DNA of 64,000 nt from Harriotta raleighana (lineage: Eukaryota), in NCBI GenBank assembly GCA_050575255.1, contig JBNZDD010013632.1:1461660-1525659 (forward strand), in the 5' to 3' direction. This document shows, piece after piece, positions 26,283 to 39,166 of the stretch. Below the pieces are notes generated by a model that saw only the letters and a program-made list of their open reading frames with translations, did no database searches and was not told where the DNA came from. Both the position numbers and the translations under genes were made by a program. Position 1 is the first letter of the stretch, and every line of letters begins with the position of its first letter.

Positions 26283-26585
26283 GACTGGTTTGGCTGCACT
26301 TCGAATACTGTATGCAGTTCTTGGCATCCCTATTACTGAAAGGACATGGCAGCCATTGAGAGGGTAGAGGTTAATTGCATACACGTTTTACCAATGATAA
26401 GGGATAATGGCTAGGAGGATAGGCTTGAAAATTGGGGTTATTTTTTCAAGAACAGTGATGATTGAGAAGGAATCGAATAGTGGTCTTTACAATCAGCAAG
26501 GTTTGGATTGGATTGATAGTGAAAGATTATTCCCCCTTAGAGAGAATTGGTAATAAGGGGTTGTAAACTCAGGCTACCACTAAAA
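26283..26585 (+). mobile_element. Degenerate CR1 ORF2 fragment
   Basis: ctggtttggctgcacttcgaatactgtatgcagttcttgg (LVxxHxEYCMQF), ttgagagggta, gaggataggcttgaaaa; frameshifted. Parallels 7403-7906. Confidence 0.75.
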
Positions 26586-27139
26586 TAAATAGTATTTCAC
26601 ATATTAGAACATTAACTACTTTGCTACAAGTCTGTAAAAGACATAACATGTAAAGGGGAATTGTCTAAGTATTTGAAGGGGAACAATATAAAATGACAAA
26701 GAAGAAAGAACAAAGACTTGGGATTCTGAAAAAAAAATAATTGGAGGAGCTAGCAATAACACCTGGGAAAATTGATGCCTTTCTGTGCTGTCATTTCTGT
26801 GATATTGTACGAAGTACAGATTGATTGTCTGGACGCAAACTATTGTCAAAAACTATTCACTTGCTTCGCAAAGTGTTGAAAATGGTATTCTGTGTGCTGC
26901 GGAGATGGGACACAGTTGAAATACTATCTCCCAAATAATGTTCCTTATTTGTGTAACAGTGGATGCACCATACACCACTGCTGATCAAGTAAACAGCTCA
27001 AATTTATGAAGTGAACAAATATACTACAAAAGAGCACCTCTCAAAATTAGATCACAGCACAATCCACCTTAAGATGTCATTTTCTCCTCTGATTTAGAAA
27101 GTTGAGGGAACCAATTCCACATGGCAGGACTTAGCACTT

Positions 27140-27390
27140 ACAGTTTAGACCGAAACAGAGGTGTCGTCCTCTGGATCAGACATTAAATCAAGATTGCTTC
27201 TCTGTTCAGGCGGATGTTTCAAAAGTGTGTGTGGGTGGTGGGGTGTTCTCCCATTATCCTGGCCAACAATCTCCAAGACAAAAAGAGGCATTCGCTTAAT
27301 GGCTGTTTCTGGGACATTGCTGTGCCCAAATTACAGTAAATCCTGTGAAGTGATTTGAGATGTTCAATGAAATGGAAGGATTATTATTCT
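27140..27390 (+). mobile_element. Degenerate Deu-domain SINE
   Basis: gaggtgtcgtcctctggatcagacattaaa...ttctcccattatcctggccaaca...ctgtttctgggacattgctgtgc. Confidence 0.65.
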
Positions 27391-28797
27391 GATCATTAAC
27401 ATCACACATCTTAAAACTGCAAGTACGTTAAAGCAAAATCAAATGTCTGGGCACAGCAGCAAATGTAATTGAGCACATTTGAAATACATTTGGTTTAAAT
27501 GTGCTGACTGTGGTCTGTTTCAGCTATAAATATAACTTTTAATTACAGGTGGATACTGTTATTTACTACCTATATGTTTTCCTGTACTATGATGAACATA
27601 CAGAGACATTCATTCTACCTAGCCCATTTCTCTCTTTATCATTTATGGGTATTAGATCGTCACAGGAAAGACACCAATATCCTGTTCACTGTGCCCTATT
27701 ATGTAGCCTCTTATCCTTTATATGTATTATTTAACTAAAGAATTTGTAGATGTTGAATTCCGATAACTAAAGCAATTACTGTACATTGTTTTACTGAACA
27801 GGCCCCAAAGGAAGCCTTCTGTTTAAAAAGTCTCTACTATTCTAAGCACGTTTTGCAGCACAATTCACTGGCTGGTAGAAATCTGTTTCTCCAAATGATA
27901 CCAGTATGATCTGCACTTAAAGGCATTTATTGATTTATGAAACAAATATCATCCCCTACTGGTTTCATTAGAAAGGCTTTTCTGTTAATTACTGCTCAAT
28001 CAAACCTTTGGTGTTTCATCCAGCCTGACAAATTAGTGAATTAAAAAAAACAATTGATGAAAGAAAGCTGCTCCAATTTCCTCACCCTCAAAATCTGGCA
28101 AAGTCCGGTAATTAAAAAAGTTTATCAACGCCTTACACAAGGAACTTCAGCACTCTGCTGCAGTGCACCATTTCTGGAAATCCTTGCAAATAAAAAACTC
28201 ACTTAATCTGTTCAAAACTTTATTTGACAAGCTGAGATTCTTGCGTGAATTGGGTGTGTGTGGTGGTGTTTCTAGGCTACGGCACGGAAACTTAAGAATA
28301 AAATACATTCTTAAAATTGCAAAGGGATGGAAAATTAATACGTAGGACAAGAAGCAGAGTTGATTTTCTCTCTTTGTTGTGCTTAAATGTTCACAAAATT
28401 AGAAAGTTCTACTTTAAAGATATGGATTTTAAATTTCTGGTGTGGAGGGAGAGAAATGATACTACAGTACACAGTTCACACCGTGTGCACTGCATTGCAT
28501 TGTTAAGCAACAAAGCCTTTGGAGAATGATGGCTGCTTAATTTCAATTATAGGTGCAAAATTTAAATTCTGATTTAATCAGCACAAATATCTTTTCCTTT
28601 CATCTCTTATCCAAGGTTTGTACACATAGGAAATTAAAAGGAGCAACGGGTCAATTGTCAGAGTCTGTGAATCCCCGAACCTTGGGCTTCACACACTAGA
28701 CTGTGGTGTGAGTCTCTAAGCAGCAAGTTATCTGACCTAGAGGTTCTGTCAGCTGTGACCAGAATAGTTCATTTTTTTAAATCCTCAATAAAAACTA

Positions 28798-28851
28798 AAT
28801 TCACAATGGTCCAGCACATCAATGCAGTGTAGTGCTGGACCATTGTGAATT
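28798..28851. repeat. Perfect 20-bp inverted repeat with 14-nt loop
   Basis: aattcacaatggtccagcac - atcaatgcagtgta - gtgctggaccattgtgaatt. Confidence 0.95.
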
Positions 28852-28887
28852 GACTGAGCCACAGAGACCAGAAAACTCATGTACGAC

Positions 28888-28950
28888 CTTGTGTTCTAAG
28901 AGGAGTTTGCTGATGTCAGCCACAAAACGATGGAAAAGCTTTATTCTCAG
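28888..28950 (-). CDS. Candidate 63-nt exon (LRIKLFHRFVADISKLLLEHK)
   Basis: Acceptor ttgttctgttcttcag, phase 0-0, weak donor AAG|gtcgta. Confidence 0.13.
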
Positions 28951-29473
28951 CTGAAGAACAGAACAATTGGTAGCAGTTCCTACAGGGAATTGCATACATA
29001 GTGATAGCACAATTGATTCCAAGGTTTAAAGAAGTAATAATGCCACCTGGATCTAGATGTACTCTTTGTGTTCCTTACCATTTCACATCTTCACAAATTT
29101 GGCAAATTCCTTAACTCTGATACCGATTTTCTGGATGCTTCTTTTATAAAAATACAGAATAGCAGCTTCAAAGTTAAGACCAAATTCAACAATTTGCGAG
29201 ATTTTGGGTGCCTGAAATGATCTGAAAATACAGAAAATCTACACCCAGTAGAATTTCTACCCCTAAACAATCCCATATTTCTATTTACAGATCAACAACA
29301 ACAAAATTATGAAGTGCGCCTTTCACTTCAGGATGACTTCCCAAGCAAAATAAAGAATTGTCCCTTAGATGAACTAACAGCGTGAAACAATAACACCAAG
29401 ATTTGTAAGTTTTCAGATCCTAGCGGAAAGCGGGAATTAATATATTATTACACTACAAGGGTATGTTTAATAA

Positions 29474-29765
29474 CAATAATAATCCTTGCATTTGATATAG
29501 CACCTTAACACATCCTCAAGATGTCGTAAAGCATTTCACAGATAATACTGTAAAGTGAATTGAAAGCATGTTTTGTGAGCGAAACATGACAGCTAATTGC
29601 AAACAACAATGTCCCACAAACAATATTTGTGAATATTGGTTTAAAATATAAAACAGCAACTGTGAGAATGCAGCACTCCTCCAGCATTACACTGAAGTGT
29701 CAGTAAAGACTATGAGCTCAAAGTCCTGACATGAAACTTGAAACCATAATCTTTTACCTTCGAGG
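29474..29765 (-). mobile_element. Deu/family-A-type SINE, internally deleted
   Basis: aataataatccttgcatttgatatagcacc tail; gcagcactcctccagcattacactgaagtgtcag and cttgaaacc head remnants. Confidence 0.65.
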
Positions 29766-32449
29766 TAAACTAAATTAGGCTCAGCAAGTACACATGGAAA
29801 CATCAGGAGAGGAATTACAAATTCCTACTTATACTCTAGCCAGAGTAGTGTATGTCTCTTATGTTTTGAAGAATATTTTTCATACAGATATGTGTTTTGT
29901 ATGTCTACTGTATTTCACCTCAACAGGAACTTGCAGATTTGACAGAAAATTTGAACAATTTGTATTTTACTTCCTCCAGCAGCTATTTTCACTTGCTCGG
30001 TTATGTCCAGTCCCATCGAGCTGTTATCACATCTACAAGAAATAGGAACCAAAATTGGGGCAAATAGGGATATTACTGAGCTTCCCCCCAAAAAATGGCT
30101 TCACTAAGTCTCATCACTGCATTTGCAGTTTGTGTTGATTTGATTTGTACAGCTTAGAGCAAAGTGTGTCGTTTTCCATCTTATTTACACTATTTCTAAG
30201 CATTGTGTTGTCTCGGAACTCTTTCCTACTAAACCTATTCCCCTTTGAGCGAAGCAATAATGTGCTAACATCCATAGAAGAATCTATTACAGCTTCAGTC
30301 TCGTCTACAGAGATTCTCATCCAGTTCGCAGTCTTCAATTCCCTCCATTGGGAATGCCTTGTTTTATACAGTGTGATAAGCTAATGTCTTGATTAGGCTG
30401 ACAAATGCAAATGGTAAACCTATGCAGAGATTTCTCTAAAGTGGGCCTATAAATAAAATTGATTCCCTTTAAGGTCAGTGTAGGAACTTAATCAAAAGGA
30501 AGGTGTAGATAATTAATACAGCAAATCCTAAAGTTTCATTAGTGTTTGAGATCAGGATCCATTTTGTCAGGTGCACACTCACTTTCTGCAGCTAAACTCT
30601 AGCATTGTCCTGTTGAATCCCTCAACTAAAATTGATCTATCATTAGGAGACTGGAATTAGCATTGGGAATGATTTGTACAAGATAGAACATGTAGGTTCA
30701 CACATTAGAGACAACCAAATGCTTCAAATCTGAAATAAAAACTGAAAACGAAGGAAATATTTTAAAAATACTCTCTGATGTCTGTTTACAGCTGGATAGC
30801 ATACCCCTTCCCCCCGGAGTAACATTATTAGGTGAGTAAAGCCTGATTCATGCATTCAATTCTTAATCGCATCGGTTGGGAATGAGCTGAAGAGGTAATG
30901 TTAAAATGTCACACTTCTGTTGTATGTATGAGCAACTGAAGGAAGTTCGGAGGCTCATGTGTCTGATAAAGACTGTAACACTAAACTAGATGGGGCCTGA
31001 ATCCATACTGCTAAATAGCCTGTTTCCGTGCTGCTACAATCTGCGTAATTAAAACTAATTCCAAGCACTGTTGATAATAGACCTGTGCCTTACTCATTGG
31101 CAGCATTTCGCATGATACAGCAGTCACTGAAAGCAGGGATTCTTCCCACTCAGCTCCTGTTAATTCTGTGAGCCAAATCCCCAACAGATGGGGTGGTCTT
31201 AGCTGGACAAGCAACGGGAAGGCTGCCACACAGTGTTCGCAATGGCAAACTCTGCTGTTTAACTGCTTAAACTCCATCAGGTCCATAGCACACACTATGG
31301 GGTTTCCAAGCGTCATTTGTCTCTTGCCAACCCGAGTCTAATACTTTCAAGCATTATCTAACAAGGATGCTTCCTTCTGGTGAGAAAGTCTGCAAAAAAA
31401 AATTCTATTCAGAAACCTAATCTCATCCTGGTGCAGACACTCTTAAATACGGTGATGTGAAACACCCAGCCAACCAAAACAGTATGGTTCAGCTGCTCAC
31501 CGGGTAAAGAAACCAATACTTTCTCAGTGTTGAATGACTACTTTCTCAAACCCAGTTGTTTGGGTGCCCGGTGTTACAGTTCTGCACATTATAGAGTATT
31601 TGCGGATAATATAGGTCTAAGTGAACAAACTGTCAAACTTCTTATGAGTTAGAGACATCAAACAAATTATGCATGGTGGTAAATGTATTTGAATGCTTAA
31701 ACTCAGAGTATAGAAAAGTTTGGATTCCAGTAACTGATGATGTCACTTCAACCACTATATGCAAGAAGATGAGCAAAATAATGTAATTATATCTGGTAAT
31801 AAAAGCACTGATGGTGTAAAAGGGAAAGTGTCAAAGTGAATTACCAGAGATTTAGGCTTCTAATATACACTAAATGAATAGCATAAGAAAGTACACTTGT
31901 AAAGAGGGCATTACTAAGACTTTTCAATTGCTCAGAAACATATCGACTAGAATGAGACACCAATGAGCTGCAAATGCTCAAGTAACCATACCCCAATGGA
32001 GGATAAAGCACCTTGATCAAGGGCTGAAATTCAATGCAAGGGTGTCCTAACCATTTCATCTCGTGCACAGGGGCATAGATCCCATCATTTATTACCTCCT
32101 TGCTGTTTTGCTGAATTCAAAATTCGAAAGAGGATTTTGATAATAGACCTGCGTCTTACTCATTGGCAGCTCTTACTCTATTGAGGAATCTCTCCATTTG
32201 TAGTCAGGCAAAGGAATACACGGATATGATAGAAATCAATGTCATCAGATTGCAACATGTTCAAAAAACTAGCGTTGAACATGGCAGCTGGTGATGAGAC
32301 CAAACACTGTAGTATTAGTTACAATGATTATATCATATACGCTTTTATTCCTGTCTATCAGGTGCTGTAGCAACAGAGCCAAGTAGAGATTCCCGTAACA
32401 TGCTCAGCTTTGGTTTCATAAACTGCATTCTGGAGCCACAAAACAACTG

Positions 32450-33150
32450 CGACAACAATAAAATTACATTTATAGAGCACCTTTCACATCGGGAGAATGT
32501 CCCAAGGCACTGAACAGTCAAGGGTTAGGACCTGAGGTGGGGAATGGTAGTGTGGGGGGGGTTGCATGGATAGGATGAGGGAGGGCAGTGAAGTAGGAGG
32601 GCAACTGAAGGCATGGTCGAAAAGGAAGGTTTGAGACGGGCCTTGAAGAAGTCAAGGGACGGAGCAAGGCCAAGGGATTGTGGAATGGTTCCAAAGAATG
32701 GGGGTAAAGAGGTTGAAAGTCCGGCCGCTGATGGTAGGACGGGTCGGGGAAGAGATAAGGAGCAGGCCGAAGCCTGCTGAACTGAGGGACCAGACAAGTT
32801 GATAGTGGATCAACAGTTCAGAGGTAGGATGGCAAGGCCATGGAGGGCCTTGAAAGTGAGGATGAGGATCTTGAATTCTGTCCTCTGAGGAGTGGGGTCC
32901 AGTGGAGCCAGGTGAGGGTGGGGATGATGGGGCCACAGAGCCTGGTGGGGGAGAGGTCTGAAGCTGCAGAGTTTTGGCTGAGCTGTAGCTTGTGGAGTGA
33001 AGAGTTGGTGAGGCCAACGAAGTGGGAATTTTCGTCATAGAACCATGAGGTGACAAATGGATATGAGGGTTTTGGTGGCCTGAGGGGTGTGACAATTGTG
33101 CAGAAAGGCAATGTTGCAGAGATGGTGGAAAACAGTGCTGGTTATGGCTC
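32450..33150 (-). mobile_element. 5'-truncated L2 LINE 3' end (degenerate ORF2 C-terminus and 3' UTR)
   Basis: Frameshifted motifs HKLQLSQNSAA...PIIPTLTWLHWTP and SGRTFNLFTPILWN correspond to L2 LQLIQNSAAR / HITPVLxxLHWLP / GRAFSxxAPxLWN. Tail gtgaaaggtgctctataaatgtaattttattgttg. Confidence 0.88.
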
Positions 33151-33685
33151 GGATATAGGGGAGATACACATGATGAAATTAATTCAAAATCTTAATCCCT
33201 TATCCAATTCCGATAGTTTTAAAACCATTAATGCTTAATTTAACACTTTCCATTTACTTATATAGTGTTACAGAGTCAGACTGAATGCAAATTCAGTCCA
33301 GCTAGCTGGGACAGGTGTTTATACTCCACACAACCCCTCCCTATTCCCCTCTATAATTGTCTATTTCCTTCACCTTCATTTGTCCATCAAGTTCTCCCTT
33401 AGTCACTTACACCATGTACTTTACAATTCTTTACAGAATCATAAGGAATATCATGTACTGCTCCTTAAAATATAGTCTCAAGGCTGAACAAGCTCTCCAA
33501 CCAAGGCTGTGCTGGTGTTGGAACATTGCAACAGTGGTTGTTTGTCTGTGCGACAGACTCACTGAGCCTAGTACTGTAGATGCTACTGAAATGTAATTGT
33601 CTTCCTTTGTACTGGAGCCAGCCAAGAATTAGAAGTTCTGCAGAATCCTAAGGTTTTGTTGAAAGATTGCAGAAGGCTAACTCAC

Positions 33686-33877
33686 TTGCGCTGGACTGAA
33701 AAGGGCGAGATGGTTCCTTAGAGAATATGTCCTTGCCAGCACCAATGGGCATGTTTTGTTGATAAACGTGCAGTTCAAAACATTATAAAATCTTAAAGGG
33801 GGACTGCCGTCTGTTAAACTGCCTTGGAGGTACTGACTCCAGTATAATGGGAATATGACTGGCATTGTTACATGTCC
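33686..33877 (-). CDS. Candidate 192-nt exon (GHVTMPVIFPLYWSQ...NHLALFSPAQ)
   Basis: Consensus donor CAA|gtgagt and 64 open codons in phase 0-0. The acceptor is weak and the peptide unrecognised. Confidence 0.17.
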
Positions 33878-34659
33878 CTATTTAGGACAACTATTTGGGA
33901 TTGTTTGAATGAATAAAGATAAATTGCAATCATTCACGCTGCAGAATATTACCATTTGCTAGAGGGCAAACTCACTTTCTGACTAGAACATGGGAGTTTT
34001 TTTTTGGCAGTTACTCTTCCCATGTCTTTTCCTGAGCCTGTCATAAACACTAGAAAAAGGCCATTAAAAATCCTTCAAATACAAGCAATTCTACATCTGT
34101 GATGTTCAGTCATTACAATATAAAATATGTAGATTGCTATATCTGCACAAAAAAGAATGTGCTACTTTTTTGGTGAAATTCTCTCTTCCCAGCATGCTAA
34201 CGTTGTAACCCTGGGCCAGAATCGTAAAAGTATCAAATTCTCTAGCACCATGTACAGATGTGCTGAAGCTAAATAGGTATAATAATAAGAGTAAGAATAA
34301 TTTGATTGCCGAACAGGGAAAAGTCCAAACCGATAAAAATGGATAAATCTTAGAATTTATATGAATTATGCATAATAAGAGGTATCTTGGAAATAATGTG
34401 TTCGATACACGTGTCCAATGCAATGTCAGTATTCGGATGGTGTTCATAAAACACTTCAGCTCTCCCCTTGAGGGTTCAGAGTCCACCTTAACCCCTTAAG
34501 TATGTTACAGCCTTATTCACAAAACCTGCCATCTGTTCTCCATATTGAAGTCTGAATGTTAAAATAACATAAAATTGGTAAGCTTCAAGTCAAATTGTTG
34601 CTATGTAATCCAACAGTGAAGAGCAACTAAATTTGAACATGGTACAGTATTTGATTTTG

Positions 34660-34985
34660 GTTTAGCTCAGTTTCACCTTTGAAGGGGAAAGTTATGGGTT
34701 CAAACCCCAAATTGGGAGATTAGAGTGCAGTTCTACAGAATGTATGATACACCAAAGTCTCTCCCCCACTCCCTACCTTCTTGTCCTTCGGGTTGAAATA
34801 GAAGTTTCAATTGCATTATTCAAAATGAGACGGACGTTTCTGACTGTGTTTTGCCCCAAAATCCTCCACGGAAAATCTGCCATATCCATGTAGCAGCTCT
34901 TGCTTGGACTTTGTTGCATGCAAAACAGCTGACACATTACATAAAAACTAAATATAAATTAATATGAAGCACTTTGAAATTGTTT
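34660..34985 (+). mobile_element. Highly degenerate Deu-type SINE
   Basis: ttagctcag...gggttcaaacccc head, gtgcagttcta, and cattattcaaaa. Confidence 0.4.
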
Positions 34986-35267
34986 GCTGTATATACGTGC
35001 CATAACAAAACAAGTTATTTGTTCTATCTTTCACACCTGACACTTTTTGCAAAAGACCTTGTAATATAACTTCCAGTTCAACACCCTTTATTCTTTTGAT
35101 GATATCGACCCACGCACACATCACTGCCTTGTTCAATAGAAGTTTAAAAAATCTATAAAAATGTCTTTATATAAAATCCTTGAATGCCCAACTCCAAATG
35201 AATGCCGTGTGGTATTATTTGTTCCAGTTTTCTCTGGTATTAATGGTAAAGAATGAAGTGAAATTAC

Positions 35268-35339
35268 CCAATGCTTCATGATGGGTAATGTAACTGCCCC
35301 CATATCAGTGATCCCAATGATCAAGTCTTCACGGACTCG
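35268..35339 (-). CDS. Best candidate coding exon, 72 nt (RVREDLIIGITDMGAVTLPIMKHW)
   Basis: Very strong acceptor ctttttttccgcccccag and donor TGG|gtaatt, phase 0-0. Only this frame is open and CpGs are retained. Protein not recognised. Confidence 0.4.
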
Positions 35340-35914
35340 CTGGGGGCGGAAAAAAAGTTTCTATTGATCGCATTCCATCCCAAGCTGGTTTGTACAAAAA
35401 AATGATTCAAGATACTAGGTAAAAATGTTCAGAAAATGTAATTCCTAAGAAGAGGATTTTCTGCTGCAAAATCTGGATCAATAATCATACACAATGGAAT
35501 GTGTTACTCCTTTATAATTAGGTAACCCTAACGGTGGTTGCATGATTTCTGTGTCAAACATGCATACACTCCATGTGTGAGATGCTATAGAAACCCACAG
35601 GCATAGAGGAAGGGTAAAAAAACAAGAGGAAGATTTGAAAACCTAAATGTACAAATTAATCTTAAGAAACTTTTGTTTGATTCTTGAATTTCTTTATCTG
35701 TTTATTTCAAATAGGATTTACAGTATGATGAATGTTTTTATCTTCAATAATCTTAAGGGATTACATTTATTGCAAAAAGATTTCAGCAACATGAAAGTGT
35801 AAATAATTAATCCTAAATGTACAATTTATTCAACTAATATTCTTATCCAAATTTTCCCTGGATTAACAAAACGGTAGATGCCATATAAGCGAATCTAGCG
35901 AATTGTGTGAAAGC

Positions 35915-36605
35915 TTGACTCAGTAATAGCACTCTCACCTCTATGTCAAAAGGCTACGAGTTGAAGCCCTACATTGGGATTTGGAATCATTGTGATGCAA
36001 TGCTGGTGTTAGACTGTCAGAGATGCTGTTCTTCACATGAGATATTAAACAAGTCTGCCTGCTGGCTCTATTCAAAAAGAGAAAGGAGTTTCTCACTAGG
36101 TCTTGGCCAACATTTCTCCAAATAAAAATTGATCACTGACTCTATGGCTGTTTATCAGACATTTTCGCCCACAAATATACAGTTGTTTTTTCCTGTTCTC
36201 CTTCCCCCTAACCCGTCACCTCCCTTTGTCATCTTTCCCCCCTTTCTCCTCTAACCCCACTTCCATGACTGTTTGAGGGACACTGCTGTGCGCAATTTGA
36301 CTGCAACGTTTCGCCCATAAATATACAGTCAATTTTCCTACTTTCCATTCCCCGAACCCTCCTCCCCTGCTCTGATCCCTACTTGACTGTTCAGCGCCTT
36401 GGAATGTCTTCCCGGCGTGAAGGGCGCTATATAAGTGTAATTATTGATTGATTGGTTGATTGATTGATTGCTGTGCATGAACTGGATGCTGCATTTCGCT
36501 CACAAAATACAGTCACTCCACTTTACAATATAGCCTGTGAAGCGCTTTAGAATGTCTCGAGGACATGATAATGACTACATCAAATGCAAGGATTATTATT
36601 ATTTT
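35915..36605 (+). mobile_element. Deu-domain SINE interrupted by a chimeric L2/SINE insertion (~36165-36470)
   Basis: Head and Deu-like body run to ggctgtttatcagacatt and resume at ttgctgtgcatg (~36468). The insert ends in an L2-type tail and (attg)n. Confidence 0.7.
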
Positions 36606-38089
36606 TATCTACTCATTGACAATATACCCTCAAGATAAGGACTATTATGCTGCATAATAATTATCCTTGCGTTTGATATAGAACCTCATAATAAGGCATC
36701 TCAAACAATTTCGCATTTCCCTGTAAAGTGCAATAACTGTGAATTTGTAGATATGAACACATTGTTTCAAATCGTATCCCAGCTCAGCAACACTGAGGCC
36801 AATTGTACAACATGCGCAATCATTCCAGCTGAAATCAGGCAACTCAAACCATACTAGGAAATTCAACCTGGAACCAAGGTACAATATTGTACAGTGTTTC
36901 AAACTTGAAATCCACATTGATTGGTTTTCAGAGAGCTATTTGTACCAGTGTTTTGGTTAAACTGTTAGTTTTCTGGTTTTCCGAAAGAATGTACAAAGCA
37001 ATTTCACCTTTGAAAGGTAGAAGGCAAATCTGGTCCAGCTGTCCTCATTGAGGACACTGATTAATTGATCGCAGAGATTTACTAATTTAAAGAGATTGTT
37101 CCTCTAAGCATGTATAGTTATCTCCTAAATTCTTTCCAATTATGTAGTCCACAATAGCATGTTTAAAATATATTCTTGCAACTGCTTATAATAAAGTTTT
37201 ATTAGTTTTGAGGAAGTTAATTACAGTATTGACATTTTGCTTGCCTGGCAGATTGTATTTTTGGTAGATTCACTTCCTACCTCTTTTTCTCTGTGGAACC
37301 AACTTAAATCACTCTGCAACACTTCTTTTGTAGAACATTCTAATAAACACATCTGTGAATTAAAAGAAATGTAGTGATAAAAAAAGCTGATGCCTCCAGG
37401 ATTTTTTTTTACAAGCAAAACCGCTTGAAAAAAATTGTCGACCAAATGTGATTGTCAGCCTATTCCAAAATTGATGTAAAAAACGTTTGCCTCCCCTCTC
37501 ACCCCCCCCCCCACTGTTTTTAATGTTATTTCTTTTATCCAACAAAGAACAACTCACCATCCACCTTTACATCGCGACATTATTATCTTATCCCTAATTC
37601 TCCGTCAGAATGGAGTCAACTTCTTTCCTCTCCAACCAGTAAGTGTCCTGGACAATAGACAAAATTGCTCATCTAATCCTTGGCAGTTGGCGTGACATCG
37701 CATTGTGCAAATTAGCTGCTGCACTTCACCTATTAAAATAAATGCAATCACTGTACTTCATGAAAATTCCGTGAAGGGTATTGAAACTAACCTGAAAGGT
37801 GCTTTACAGTAAATTAAGGATAATTATTACCACTTTCTATATTTAGGGCATCTTTCCAAAAGCCCACCCACTTTATATCCTTCAATTCCCCTGCTTTTGA
37901 TAAGCATCCCATCCACTGATGGACTGTTCCGTAGGTTTATTATTGGCAATTTCCTTGTCTTCCTGAACCACAAAACAACATCCCAAATTGTAATGACAAA
38001 AATCCTGCTTTAATCTCACATTCTCGTTTTTTTCTTTCCATTATTGTCTTGTAGTGAAGCCTGATTCCATGCGTATGTACCACCATCCT

Positions 38090-38375
38090 CTCCTTTCCTC
38101 AAGTAAATGTTCTCCATGTCTCAGCTTTGTCAATGAATGCTGGCAGACTAGCTGACAATACAGAGGAATCACAAATTGCCCAAATCTCATTTCCAGCCAA
38201 TGTCAACATATGCCCATTTTCCATCTGGAAGCACTGGAGCAGGTATCCCAGCTCAGGAACACCACAGCCAATTGTATCACATATGCTACCATTCTCGCTG
38301 CAATCAGCCAACTGAGAGTGTATTAGGAACTGAATTTGGAACCTTCCTGGTTATTTGACTCAGATATAAAGCCCG
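38090..38375 (-). mobile_element. Family B SINE-like repeat
   Basis: Contains ggaatcacaaattgcccaaatctcatttccagccaatgtc, cttccag and gccaattgta motifs antisense to 46116-46490. Confidence 0.5.
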
Positions 38376-38929
38376 ACAACTAGTGAACACATCCCATAAA
38401 CCACATTTGCGACCTTTAGTCTATCACATAAACCCACAAAATACTCAGTCCCTACGCTTTACACTTTATCCTATCAACCACTTTGAAATGCCCTTTCAAC
38501 GTCAAATGTAAGGATTGTTGCTTTGAAATAAAGTGAAAAGCATGACAGCATTAAAAAGTATGAAAGGACAATAAAATCAACTTCTTAATCCCATTTTGAA
38601 TATCTTGCCTGGATTATCTACCACAAATTTCTAGGTTTTATGTAAATTGTTATTATTTACTTTGTTTTCCAAGATAATCTGACAGATCAGCATAAATTGA
38701 TTTAATTTGACAAGGTACGATGCAGCAAAGTAAAATTCAGTATAGAATCTATCGCATGTAAATCAGCGAGATAATGTGATAAGAGGATTGATTCTGCTCG
38801 AGTAGACAGATTAGGCAATATTGGAATATTCATATAAAATAGAGCCACTGAATCCCACAGGAAGGTCCAAACACTTAAGATATAAGAAAAGCTGAATATT
38901 AAAATTGAGATGAAATTATAGAAATAGCA

Positions 38930-39166
38930 CAGCGGAACCTCGATTATCTATCAAATTGGAATAGTAAACCCCACACACCCCCATGGTTTGCTTTCTCCAT
39001 CTCTTCACCTTCACCTTCTCTCCCATTCAATTTTCTTCCTCTCCCTTTCTCTCATTCACATCCTTCAGCTACCTCTCTTCCCTTCTCCCACTCCCCTCCT
39101 CTTGACTTCCCCTTTCCTTCCATCCCTTTGTATAATTGGGATTGGCAAATAATTGAGGTTCCACTT
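38930..39166. mobile_element. Degenerate Tigger-like MITE with pyrimidine-rich interior
   Basis: Left cagcggaacctcgattat versus reverse-complemented right end aagtggaacctcaattat. Confidence 0.6.

Noticed and set aside
37558-37647. Minus-strand segment with a strong acceptor and a gtgagt donor
   Set aside because: All three frames contain stops, so it is not supportable as coding. A non-coding exon cannot be shown from sequence alone.
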